DNA of 64,000 nucleotides from an uncultured Candidatus Saccharibacteria bacterium (GTDB lineage Bacteria; Patescibacteriota; UBA1384; CAILIB01): NCBI GenBank assembly GCA_964593885.1, contig CAZQKK010000002.1, positions 157,204 to 221,203 of the forward strand, read 5' to 3'. Shown piece by piece: positions 47,376 to 55,970 of this stretch (position 1 is its first letter; each line of letters starts with the position of its first letter). The notes under the pieces were generated by a model. It saw only the letters and a program-made list of their open reading frames with translations, ran no database searches and was not told where the DNA came from. The position numbers and the translations under genes were made by a program.

Positions 47376-49855
47376 TATGATCTAATTGTATCTGGATGAA
47401 TGTCAACCTTTGAGCCCACATCAGCGATGCCATCTCGCTTGCCGATATCTAAGAGATACTCTTTCCAAGATGGTAGGTCTGGGGAAGGACTTGTGGGCGC
47501 GTACCCTCGATTAATAATGCTCAGCCTATCAATGCCAGTTGCAAAGCCCCGTATGTGACCAGCAGGAACTGCCTGAATTGCCACATCTAAGTCTGCAGCC
47601 ACTTGAGCTTTGAAGTCCCGGTCTGCGGGGTTGAAGCGAGGATCGCGTGAAGCTACTTCTAACATTCCCATTTCACCCCCATCTACCGCAAGGATAAGTG
47701 ACAGCCGATTTGACGCTGTCATGTTGTTGTGGAGAAGCTCAGCAACTTTAGTCTTAAAGTCATCCCAACTAAGTCCCACTCGTTCAACATCAACAAATAG
47801 TACTTTCCCCTCCGGTGAGTGGAAGTTATTCCAAGAAAGGATTGCGCGATCAATTGACTCAAAGTCACGCTTTCCTTTATTTAGATCGCTCTTTCCATGA
47901 GCCTTCTCAAAATCAGAAATTTTTTGAATAAGGGCGAGGCGCTCCGCTTGAGGATCAGACACTACTGCTGGAGTTTCTTCTGGCACAGTAGGTAACTCAG
48001 CTGCAGTCTCTGGCGCTGGTTGACCGTTAAGAATCTGGTCATCTAGTTCTTTCTGTCGCCCAGCTTTCCCCTCTTCTGCAGTCTGTGCACCCAAAATTGC
48101 CTCTGCCCGTTTTGCCTGTTCTTGGTACTTTTTACTAGTATTTCCTGTGATCCTACTGTTCACAGCATCAAGTGCCTCTGCCGCAGCATACGCACCTCCA
48201 CCCGCAAGAGTTCCAGAAAGAATTGCGGTTTGCATTACCGACGCAAATGCCCTATCTGACTGCGAAGTGAGAAATTGGGTAATACTGTCCATATTCAGCG
48301 CTTCTTTTGCAAGGTAAGAAGTCTGATCGGCTAGCAGTAAATCCTGAATATTTGACTGAGAGATAACATGCTCAGTACTTCCAAGAACATTCTGAGCAAC
48401 ATCTGCGTGTGAAGTTGCTAGTGTCGTAATGTGATCTGAACCATTGATTCTCCCCGCATCAGCAAGCTGCAACATCCAGTGAGCAGACTCATTACCTTGT
48501 CCGTCTGTGTATACTTTCACAAGGTGATCTATACCGTCGCCATCTAGATCAAGATTTAGCCCTCCTGCGTGGAGCTTGGCCAACTGATCATGCAAGTGAG
48601 CTGCTGCCTCAACCTTTCCCATTCCAAAACCGGCAAGTCCCCCGCCGATGAGACCCCCCGCAAGACCTGACCAAAACTGTATTTTATTCGAGCGCCTCGC
48701 AATATCCCAGTACTCTTTTACCGAAGACTCGCCATTGTGCAGATTGTTTACTGCAGATTCCCTAAAGCCTTTAGTAATCATGCCGAGTAAGTCTTTTCCT
48801 TTTTCACCACCCACAAATGCGTTGCGAAGCTTATCGAGCTGCATACCATCATCAGGAACAGTCTTGGTATTCTCTGCAAAGTAGGCTTTCGCTGCATCAT
48901 GCTGTGCCATGAATTCACGGGTCAATTGTTCTACAACATGCTCACCTTTTGTTTTTCCATGCTCATCCTGCTCACGCATCTTAAAATCGTGAGAAAACTT
49001 CTTTGCGATGAAACGGACTAACTGACTTCCACCAATACCACCCGCACTTCCAGCGAGTGCCACTGCAAGAGGTACTGCTCCACCAGTAGCTACTCCTACT
49101 CCAACACTAATACCGGTTCCGATAACGGCTGCAACTCCCTTTGTCACTTTACTTCCATGGCGCTCCCACCAACTCTGCTCTTCCATCTCCTTCTGGGTAA
49201 TATCCATGAAGTTGATTGCTGACCTTCCGTTATCCCCTTTGGTAAGATTTTGTACAAAATCTGGCGATACTCCAGTCCGGTTTATGAGATCGCTCCAGTT
49301 CTTAAATCCATGTTCTTTTAGTAGGTTTGAGGCAAGAGCGGATTCGGCTGCATTATCTATAAAGTCACGTACAAGAAACATACGCTCTTTCTCAGTAACA
49401 GATCTTGGTGCAGCTTCTTTCTTTGAGAACCACCTGCGCTTTTTTGCTCCACGCTGCACAACATTTGTTTCCTTGAGAATTTTTTGAGCATACGCCCTGC
49501 TAAACGCCCTCTCATCAAAACTATCTATGTGTGAGAGCGAATCTGGGCGGTTAACACCTTCTGGGTCAATTTCTTCTTGCTCATCTCCTTCCGCAGGTTG
49601 ATTCTCACTGTAAGCGTTGTAGTGAGTACTCCCCATAACATGGCCGAGGTCATCAACGTAATCACCAAGCTGGTTGATGTGCATCCCTGAGTAACTCCGG
49701 AATGACTTCTGGTATGCCTCGTCTGTTTCTGCAATTGTTGGTGTTTCGGTAAGCGTCCGTTCACGGCCGTCAGAGTACACCGTAGTATTAGTCTGTGCTT
49801 TTACAGACTCATCAGCACCTACTCTGTAAAAATGAAATTCTTTAGCGAATGGCAT
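47375..49855 (-). CDS. large hypothetical protein with two glycine-zipper hydrophobic segments
   Basis: 826 aa. GVAAVIGTGISVGVGVATGGAVPLAVALAGSAGGIGGS and FWSGLAGGLIGGGLAGFGMG (GxxxG repeats). By-eye GC about 43%, below neighbours. Confidence 0.5.
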   Translation of the reverse strand: MPFAKEFHFYRVGADESVKAQTNTTVYSDGRERTLTETPTIAETDEAYQKSFRSYSGMHINQLGDYVDDLGHVMGSTHYNAYSENQPAEGDEQEEIDPEGVNRPDSLSHIDSFDERAFSRAYAQKILKETNVVQRGAKKRRWFSKKEAAPRSVTEKERMFLVRDFIDNAAESALASNLLKEHGFKNWSDLINRTGVSPDFVQNLTKGDNGRSAINFMDITQKEMEEQSWWERHGSKVTKGVAAVIGTGISVGVGVATGGAVPLAVALAGSAGGIGGSQLVRFIAKKFSHDFKMREQDEHGKTKGEHVVEQLTREFMAQHDAAKAYFAENTKTVPDDGMQLDKLRNAFVGGEKGKDLLGMITKGFRESAVNNLHNGESSVKEYWDIARRSNKIQFWSGLAGGLIGGGLAGFGMGKVEAAAHLHDQLAKLHAGGLNLDLDGDGIDHLVKVYTDGQGNESAHWMLQLADAGRINGSDHITTLATSHADVAQNVLGSTEHVISQSNIQDLLLADQTSYLAKEALNMDSITQFLTSQSDRAFASVMQTAILSGTLAGGGAYAAAEALDAVNSRITGNTSKKYQEQAKRAEAILGAQTAEEGKAGRQKELDDQILNGQPAPETAAELPTVPEETPAVVSDPQAERLALIQKISDFEKAHGKSDLNKGKRDFESIDRAILSWNNFHSPEGKVLFVDVERVGLSWDDFKTKVAELLHNNMTASNRLSLILAVDGGEMGMLEVASRDPRFNPADRDFKAQVAADLDVAIQAVPAGHIRGFATGIDRLSIINRGYAPTSPSPDLPSWKEYLLDIGKRDGIADVGSKVDIHPDTIRS

Positions 49856-49861
49856 GGCAAA

Positions 49862-50206
49862 TCAAGCTGGCTGGAGTGATAAGTCTTCGGGACTAAAAGT
49901 GCTTTTGTATACCATGACTACTTCCATACGATGCTGGAGAGCTGCCTCAACGAGGAGATTAATGAGGTCAATGCCACGCTCACTCAAAAAGGCTACAAGG
50001 GTGTCTGCTTCAAGTTCTTTGAACAGTTTCCTATCTTCTTCTGAAAGACTTTGGATAATCTCTGAAAATACCCGTGCCGATACGGTTTCAGTCATTGTCC
50101 CAAGTATTTCTGCCTTGTCTTCATCTGAGATAGCTTCCATGCCAATACTTGCAAAAAAGTCACCTGCTAAGAGTGTTTCAAGGAGCGACGATTGGTACTG
50201 CTGCAT
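49862..50206 (-). CDS. small acidic helical protein (chaperone-like)
   Basis: 115 aa from ATG (rc cat 50204-50206) with GGGAGA RBS. The longer table ORF (to 50506) runs through the terminator and looks spurious. Confidence 0.4.
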   Translation of the reverse strand: MQQYQSSLLETLLAGDFFASIGMEAISDEDKAEILGTMTETVSARVFSEIIQSLSEEDRKLFKELEADTLVAFLSERGIDLINLLVEAALQHRMEVVMVYKSTFSPEDLSLQPA

Positions 50207-50237
50207 AGCTTTCTCCCTATGGTTTATATGTACATTT

Positions 50238-50246
50238 AGTATACCA
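50238..50246 (-). promoter_or_regulatory. candidate extended -10 (TGGTATACT) for the 115aa-826aa-141aa-ATPase2-240aa-ATPase1 operon
   Basis: Minus-strand tggtatact about 30 nt upstream of the 115-aa gene ATG, immediately downstream of a terminator. Confidence 0.35.
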
Positions 50247-50273
50247 CTCTCGCTACAGGTAAATACATCTCTA

Positions 50274-50312
50274 GACAAAAAGAAGAGCCCCCTCGCTCGA
50301 AAGCGAGAGGGC
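50274..50312 (-). terminator. rho-independent terminator after the high-GC gene
   Basis: Minus strand: ggccctctcgctttcgagcgaggggg hairpin followed by ctcttcttttt. Confidence 0.5.
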
Positions 50313-50336
50313 CTAGAATTGCACTGTGCCGCAGTG

Positions 50337-51248
50337 CTACAGGAGTTTGTACTCACCTGAACTCGAACCGCTGAAGCTGCCGTCAGCATGGCTCTTTCTT
50401 GCGAAAGAAACCTTGCCTTTCTCGGCCCAGTCAGGCTTGTCCGTAAACTCCGCGCCCCATTGGGCGGCAGCGGGGGTCCGCGCAATCCGAGCGTCTTCAC
50501 GCGCATCTCGCCTTTCGGCGGCGGCGTTAGCGGCTCGGAGTGAGGCGCCGTGCTGGATCAGGTTGAACAGGCCAACCATTACCAACACGACGACGACGAT
50601 GACTCCCAGGATGGTCAGAATCTGACCGGCGCCCTGGAGCGCTTCTTGAAACCAAATCGGGCTCATTTTCATTGCTCCTGTGCCCGTTACCGGCGGCACA
50701 ACCGGGGTTGTGGGAGGAACAGCCGGAGCTGTCCCACCGGTGGTAGTAGAACTGGCCAGTACCAGTGCCTCAAGGGCAGCTATTCTGGTTTGTAGCGCCG
50801 AGATATCCGACTCGTGCTTGCGCCCGAGACGAACACCTTCAGATGCGTACCCTCGAACTCTTGCGAGCTCAGGCTGCAGCACCCTTCGAACATGGTCCTC
50901 GAGGACGTCCAGTTGCGATTTGTAGCGCGCTGATACATCCTGGATGACCCTCAACGTACGATTCCTCACCGTCACGTTAGTGATCCGATGGGCGTTCTGG
51001 CGCTGACTTTCCAAAGTGTCAATCTTCGACCGAAGGTCGTTGATTTCACCCGTAAAGTCAGGAGTAGACTTCGAGGGAGCAACAGGGTCCGGGACGTTGC
51101 CTTGCGGCTGCGTCTGGGTTCCGGTTGCAACATCGGTGGGGTAGCCCACCTCGTCAGGGTCAACCGTAGTCAACCCGGTCTGCGCCGAAGCAATACTAAT
51201 CGTGGCCACCAGGGTGGCGAGGACGATATATTTCAACAAGTTTTTCAT
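50337..51248 (-). CDS. exported/membrane protein: signal peptide, coiled coil, Pro/Thr linker, C-terminal TM and basic tail (high-GC cassette)
   Basis: 303 aa from ATG 51248 (GAGGAA RBS). MKNLLKYIVLATLVATISIASA signal. TM ILTILGVIVVVVLVMVGLF. By-eye GC about 62% against a 53-57% core. Confidence 0.5.
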   Translation of the reverse strand: MKNLLKYIVLATLVATISIASAQTGLTTVDPDEVGYPTDVATGTQTQPQGNVPDPVAPSKSTPDFTGEINDLRSKIDTLESQRQNAHRITNVTVRNRTLRVIQDVSARYKSQLDVLEDHVRRVLQPELARVRGYASEGVRLGRKHESDISALQTRIAALEALVLASSTTTGGTAPAVPPTTPVVPPVTGTGAMKMSPIWFQEALQGAGQILTILGVIVVVVLVMVGLFNLIQHGASLRAANAAAERRDAREDARIARTPAAAQWGAEFTDKPDWAEKGKVSFARKSHADGSFSGSSSGEYKLL

Positions 51249-51358
51249 GTGCAAGTTCCTCGCCGCCTCCCCTGGCGGCTCTGTCAAATTGATTTAGCCT
51301 CGTTGCTGGAGGCGAAAGCTTGGGGATGTGTGCTTTCTCCTCATCAATTCAATGTGGC

Positions 51359-51387
51359 ACTTTACCACAAAAAGGCACTTTTGTCAA
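51359..51387 (-). promoter_or_regulatory. near-consensus sigma70 promoter TTGACA-N17-(TGG)TAAAGT for the high-GC gene
   Basis: Minus strand: ttgaca (51387-51382), 17-nt spacer, tggtaaagt (-10 at 51364-51359). About 100-nt leader to ATG 51248. Confidence 0.5.
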
Positions 51388-51427
51388 GTACCTTTAGGCT
51401 CTGGTAGCCATAAATAACCTATAGTAG

Positions 51428-51724
51428 TTAGGAGAGAGCCTGCCTAGCTGATTGCATTCCAATGGCGTCATTTGCCTTCACTAGCACAGCATTTGCTTGC
51501 TCAGCAGCTGCTAGTACCTCGGTGAGGGTTTCCTTTTCAATATCTAGTGCAACCTCTTCAAGCTCCATCACCGTTTTCAAGACAACCAGCTCTTCTGAAT
51601 CAAGCTCGCCTGGGCTAGTATCAACAATTTTGAAAGCCTCAACCATCTTTTCGCGAAGCTCATCGTACTTCCCTGCTTCAAGAAGCTGATCTACTTGCTC
51701 TTCGGTTAGGAATGCCCCGCTCAT
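51428..51724 (-). CDS. small acidic helical protein (chaperone-like)
   Basis: 98 aa, strongly acidic. Overlaps the upstream 608-aa gene stop (ATGA). Confidence 0.4.
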   Translation of the reverse strand: MSGAFLTEEQVDQLLEAGKYDELREKMVEAFKIVDTSPGELDSEELVVLKTVMELEEVALDIEKETLTEVLAAAEQANAVLVKANDAIGMQSARQALS

Positions 51725-53547
51725 GAGTACCTCGCTGCTACGGTGTTACGGATGAGTTCTGCGTACTGCCTTGTTCGTGAGTTGAGTGAGAGATCACCAG
51801 CAATACCATCTAGTGAATCTTTAATGAATGTGAGAAGGTTCGCCGATTCAATACTTCTAGTACTCTGCAGTTTTGCTGCAAGGTTCTCAAACCCTCTCAA
51901 AATTGTGCTGATATTCTTACCACCCTTTGCCTCAAGCTGCTCGAGAAGGTTCTTTTGAAAAACGTTGCGTGATTCATCCTCAATCATTTGCTTTATCTGG
52001 TCTACATCAACTTCTCCATTGATGAGAGTGGCGTAGCTTGCGTTCTCAATTTGCTTCCTGGCGGCATCAATACCACTTAAGTCACCTTTTGTGAGTTTTG
52101 ACTTGAGTGACTCTCTTAGCGCAACGTTAATTGCTCCACCTAGTCCATCGATAGCAGGAATATCAGCCTTAATCTGAGAAGCAATAGATTCAGCTCCAGA
52201 TTTTGCCATCTGGAGATTACTCCCCGATGCAAGAATAGACTCTACTTGCGCAATATCCTCTTGGATACTCTTCCTGTCCCGCCCGGCTCCCATTTTGTGG
52301 TTTGCAACGAGGTTCTGCTCTGCGTCTCTGAACTTCCTACTTGTCATGCGATACACTGTGCCAAGAACACTCCCATTGGTTCCATACTTATTTACAGCGT
52401 TCAGAGAAGACCGCAAGTCCATGAGTCTCCTAGTGTTTGCATCTGGATCTACATCCAACCCATGCTGTTCCATCTGCTTTCTCAACCCTTGCACTTCCTT
52501 ATCTTTTGCCTCAAGTGCAGCCATCTCCTCTTTGAGAGAATCAAAAGCGTAGGGGTTACTAATTGCCTGTTCTTGAACCTGGGCGCGGATGGCGTCCATC
52601 CTGCTCCCCATGGTCTCTTTTGCCTGGTACACCTCGGTGAGGGCAGTTTGTACGGTATCCAGGTTACTTCGCTCATCGCTCACCATCTGTCGCGCCACGC
52701 TATCTTCCTGTGCCTGGACGATAGTTGCTAGCTCTGTTGCAAGACCCGAAGGCGCAGGAGCACCTCCAACAACCTTAGCACGCTCAGCATCCACAATTCG
52801 CTTGAGCTCGGTGCGGTGCTTCTCAACAATATCTACGAGGTGGGGCGAAGTTACTCCCTCAATCACAAATGCGTTGAGCTTGCCTTCCATTGCCGTGAGC
52901 TCAGTGACAACCGCGTGGTCATCAGCAAGGTTTGAAAACGAGGGTTTACTGAGGCCTGCATCAACTTTCATCTTTGAAATTGAAGCCTCAACGTTACCGA
53001 GTTCAGCCCGGTAGGCTTCAAAGTCCGTCCGCAGCTCATCAGCTACAACATCTTCGGCTTCTGTCCCACCTGGGTGGTTATCCTGGCTATCAGGAACATT
53101 TGCTAGCTTTGCTGCATCTAACTTTGCCTTGAGGTTATCAGGTAGTGCAGCGGTTGCATCGGCAAGTTCGCTCCCAAGTGCTGGGTAGAAAAATGCCACA
53201 AACCGCTCACGGTATGGCTTGTTTGAGGGAAGCTTGAGGCTCTCATCAAACCTGAGGCCTGCCTCCCTAAACTCCTGCTTTACTCCTCCAACCATCTGTT
53301 CAGCAACCTTCTGCTGTTCCTTATACCTCCCATGGTACTCCATCAGCTCATCTGTGGCAGGCTCATCGAGGCTCAAACCAGCAAACACCCTCGTTCCAGA
53401 TTGTGCCTCAACCTTATCTAGGAAATCCAAAAACTTCTCATCGTCCAGGAGCTGCATCGTGGTTTTGCGCTGCTCTGCTTCTGGTGTTGGAGCCTGGCGA
53501 AACTTGTCGAAGAAGTTATTGAAAGCCATATGTACCCAGTGTAGCAC
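51721..53547 (-). CDS. large soluble coiled-coil protein
   Basis: 608 aa, no TM. Long heptad-like segments. Begins 12 bp after tgt stop on the same strand. By-eye GC about 44%. Confidence 0.5.
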   Translation of the reverse strand: MLHWVHMAFNNFFDKFRQAPTPEAEQRKTTMQLLDDEKFLDFLDKVEAQSGTRVFAGLSLDEPATDELMEYHGRYKEQQKVAEQMVGGVKQEFREAGLRFDESLKLPSNKPYRERFVAFFYPALGSELADATAALPDNLKAKLDAAKLANVPDSQDNHPGGTEAEDVVADELRTDFEAYRAELGNVEASISKMKVDAGLSKPSFSNLADDHAVVTELTAMEGKLNAFVIEGVTSPHLVDIVEKHRTELKRIVDAERAKVVGGAPAPSGLATELATIVQAQEDSVARQMVSDERSNLDTVQTALTEVYQAKETMGSRMDAIRAQVQEQAISNPYAFDSLKEEMAALEAKDKEVQGLRKQMEQHGLDVDPDANTRRLMDLRSSLNAVNKYGTNGSVLGTVYRMTSRKFRDAEQNLVANHKMGAGRDRKSIQEDIAQVESILASGSNLQMAKSGAESIASQIKADIPAIDGLGGAINVALRESLKSKLTKGDLSGIDAARKQIENASYATLINGEVDVDQIKQMIEDESRNVFQKNLLEQLEAKGGKNISTILRGFENLAAKLQSTRSIESANLLTFIKDSLDGIAGDLSLNSRTRQYAELIRNTVAARYS

Positions 53548-53558
53548 CCACCTCTAGG

Positions 53559-54748
53559 CTATGAGAAGCTTTCGCGAAGTGCCTGAGTCTTTCCGAGTGA
53601 AATGGCAGTTCGAAGGTGATCGCAGACCCTGTGGAGCACCCCAATGTTGTGGAGGGTAAGTATTCGGTAGGCAAGCATCTCCTCAGACCTGGTGTAGTGG
53701 GCAATGGTAGCGTTTGAGAAGTGCTGAAGATCTTCTGGCAGTCCTGGGTGGCTCTTGAAGATGGTAGTATCGTGCCTAAAGGTGCTGGCGTGGAAGTTGG
53801 TCCTCACAATCTCCACCTCTCCTTGTAGGAGCGCCTCGGTGTCACCACTCCAGAAGGCATCCTCCCCGGTCCCGGTTATTCGCCAAATTACCCCATGGCG
53901 AGCCAGCCTACTTGGCGAGACGCAGTCAAACATGTCGCATCCCCTCATGACGGCTTCTATGAGGTCTAGTGGATCACCAAGTCCCATAAAGTACCTGGGC
54001 TTGTCTTCAGGTAGGAGCGAACAGATTGAGCGAGTTGCCTCCCACATTTCAGCCTTGTTTTCGCCCACTGACAGCCCTCCCAGTGCATTACCTGGCAGAT
54101 CCTTGCTCACCACATAGGCGGCAGACTTCTTGTGGAGCTCGGTGTGGGTACCACCCTGCACAATGCCGTAGAGCAGCTGGTCTCCCCTGTTGGATTCCCA
54201 CTGGGCGATGCTCCTATCCAGCCAGCGGTGGGTTCGCTCCATCGCCTTCTCGGCATCACGGGGCGATGACAAGCCGTAGACTGGCTGATCAAACGCCATA
54301 ATGATATCTGCTCCCAGTGCCTGCTGAATCTCAATTGACCTCTCTGGGGTGATCAGGTACTTGGTGCCATCGTGGTGAGACCTGAAAGTTACCCCCTCTT
54401 CGGTCACCTTACGCATAGCTGCCTTAGTCCTACCGGTGATTGTTCTATCGCCCAGTGAGAACGCCTGGAAGCCTCCTGAGTCTGTGAGCATCGGTCCCTG
54501 CCAGCCGGTGAAGTTGTGCAGTCCCCCCGTTTCCTTCACCACATCCTCCCCCGGCCTGAGTGCTAGGTGGTAGGTGTTGGCAAGGACGGTTTGGGATCCG
54601 AGTGCCTTGAGCTCTGCTGGAGAGACACCTTTAACTGCCCCATGGGTGCCAACTGGCATGAACATGGGAGTTTGCACGGTGCCGTGGACAGTGGTGAAAG
54701 ATCCGGCGCGTGCCAGGCCGTCGGTAGCTGTAGGAGTGAAGGTTTTCA
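53559..54748 (-). CDS. tgt: queuine tRNA-ribosyltransferase
   Basis: MKTFTPT...VHGTVQTPMFMPVGT. Zinc site CDMFDCVSPSRLARHG. The ORF-table start at 54767 is a TTG (the table translates TTG/GTG starts as M); the first ATG, at 54748, is preferred. Confidence 0.9.
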
Positions 54749-54756
54749 TCAGGTTA

Positions 54757-54765
54757 GAGTATACC
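54757..54765 (-). promoter_or_regulatory. candidate extended -10 TGGTATACT 8 nt upstream of tgt ATG (leaderless)
   Basis: Minus strand: tggtatact-ctaacctg-ATG. Confidence 0.35.
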
Positions 54766-54768
54766 AAA

Positions 54769-54794
54769 AACTCCCCGGCAAACCAGGGAGTTTT
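54769..54794 (-). terminator. rho-independent terminator downstream of rplL
   Basis: Minus strand: actccc-tggtttgccg-gggagt hairpin followed by ttttg. Confidence 0.55.
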
Positions 54795-54824
54795 TGATTG
54801 GGTAGAGTAATAGCCCCTAAAGGG

Positions 54825-55214
54825 TTATTTGACTTCTACGGTAGCGCCAGCTGCTGAGAGCTTCTCTTTAGCAGCATCAGCCTCTTCCTTCTTAACGTTC
54901 TCGAGAACGTTCTTTGGAGCAGCGTCAACGAGGTCCTTAGCTTCCTTCAGGCCGAGGTCTGAACGAACTTCACGGACAGCCTTGATCACGTTGATCTTAG
55001 CGTCACCAGCAGCGGTGAGGACAACGGTGAATGAAGTCTTCTCAACTACTTCTTCAGCAGCAGCGCCACCAGCGGCAGGCATTGCGCCCATCATCATAGG
55101 AGCTGCAGCAGAAACGCCGAACTTCTCTTCAAGTTCCTTAACAAGCTCTGAGAGCTCGAGGACGGTGAGTTTTTCAATCTGCTCGATGAGCTTTGCGTAC
55201 TTGGAATCTGACAT
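54825..55214 (-). CDS. rplL: 50S ribosomal protein L7/L12
   Basis: 129 aa. Ala-rich hinge. C-terminal [30 protein letters not shown]. Confidence 0.95.
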   Translation of the reverse strand: MSDSKYAKLIEQIEKLTVLELSELVKELEEKFGVSAAAPMMMGAMPAAGGAAAEEVVEKTSFTVVLTAAGDAKINVIKAVREVRSDLGLKEAKDLVDAAPKNVLENVKKEEADAAKEKLSAAGATVEVK

Positions 55215-55246
55215 AGTGTGATTCTTAAATTGGTTGTAAGTAATGG

Positions 55247-55774
55247 TTAGGCAGCAGGCTGAGCATCCTTGATGGCCGAAATGACCTGAACAAGGTTGCG
55301 AAGGTTGGCTGCAAGAACGTTAACCGTACCACTGATAGGTGCCTGGAGGGTACCAACCAGCTGAGCGAGGAGCTGTTCGCGGCTTGGGAGCTTAGCGAGG
55401 GCTGCTACCTGACTTTCGGTGATGAAGGCTCCGGAGGTGATACCACCGAGGATCTTCAGGTTCTCAATTTCCTTAAGGAACGGGGTGACGGCTTTAGGGC
55501 CGGCGATGGCGTCGTCGTATGAATAGACGAGACCGAGGGGCTGGTCCAAGATTTCAGCTGGGATTTCCAGCTTTGCATCCTCTAGTACTTTCTTGAGGAG
55601 GCTGTTCTTTGCCACCTGAAGCTGCAAGCCATCTTTGAAGAAGACTTCTCTAAGCTGCTCAACCTCATCTACCCTGATTTTCTCAAGAGAGATGAAGACG
55701 ATGGACTCAGAGCGACCTACACGGTCTGCAATGGTACTGAGAATAGCCTCTTTCTGGACGCGTGTCTTTGGCAT
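55247..55774 (-). CDS. rplJ: 50S ribosomal protein L10
   Basis: 175 aa. [42 protein letters not shown]. Confidence 0.9.
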   Translation of the reverse strand: MPKTRVQKEAILSTIADRVGRSESIVFISLEKIRVDEVEQLREVFFKDGLQLQVAKNSLLKKVLEDAKLEIPAEILDQPLGLVYSYDDAIAGPKAVTPFLKEIENLKILGGITSGAFITESQVAALAKLPSREQLLAQLVGTLQAPISGTVNVLAANLRNLVQVISAIKDAQPAA

Positions 55775-55940
55775 AGGCTATGCTTCGTTGTTTGGTAAAT
55801 AAAAAAGTGCTGGGCCAGAGGTGCACCAGACACTACAACGTAGCGAACTGTATGTGCCTCGGCGGGGCTTATGGGTGCCCGCTGTCTCTGGAACAGAGTT
55901 AATCTACCTGATTTCTCACTTCTCGTCAAGGATGTACGTC
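55775..55940 (-). promoter_or_regulatory. rplJ 5' leader/promoter region (possible L10 autoregulatory leader)
   Basis: About 165 nt untranslated region between an upstream terminator and rplJ ATG. Structure not verified. Confidence 0.3.
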
Positions 55941-55970
55941 ATAAAAAAAGCTAGGTCGGGTAGACCTAGC
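55941..55970 (-). terminator. rho-independent terminator upstream of rplJ leader
   Basis: Minus strand: gctaggtc-taccc-gacctagc then tttttttat, directly after the stop of the frameshifted ORF. Confidence 0.5.

Noticed and set aside
49862-50506. Long version (214 aa) of the 115-aa acidic ORF
   Set aside because: The N-terminal 100 aa are Arg/Ser-rich junk crossing a terminator hairpin and promoter. ATG at 50206 has a proper GGGAGA RBS.
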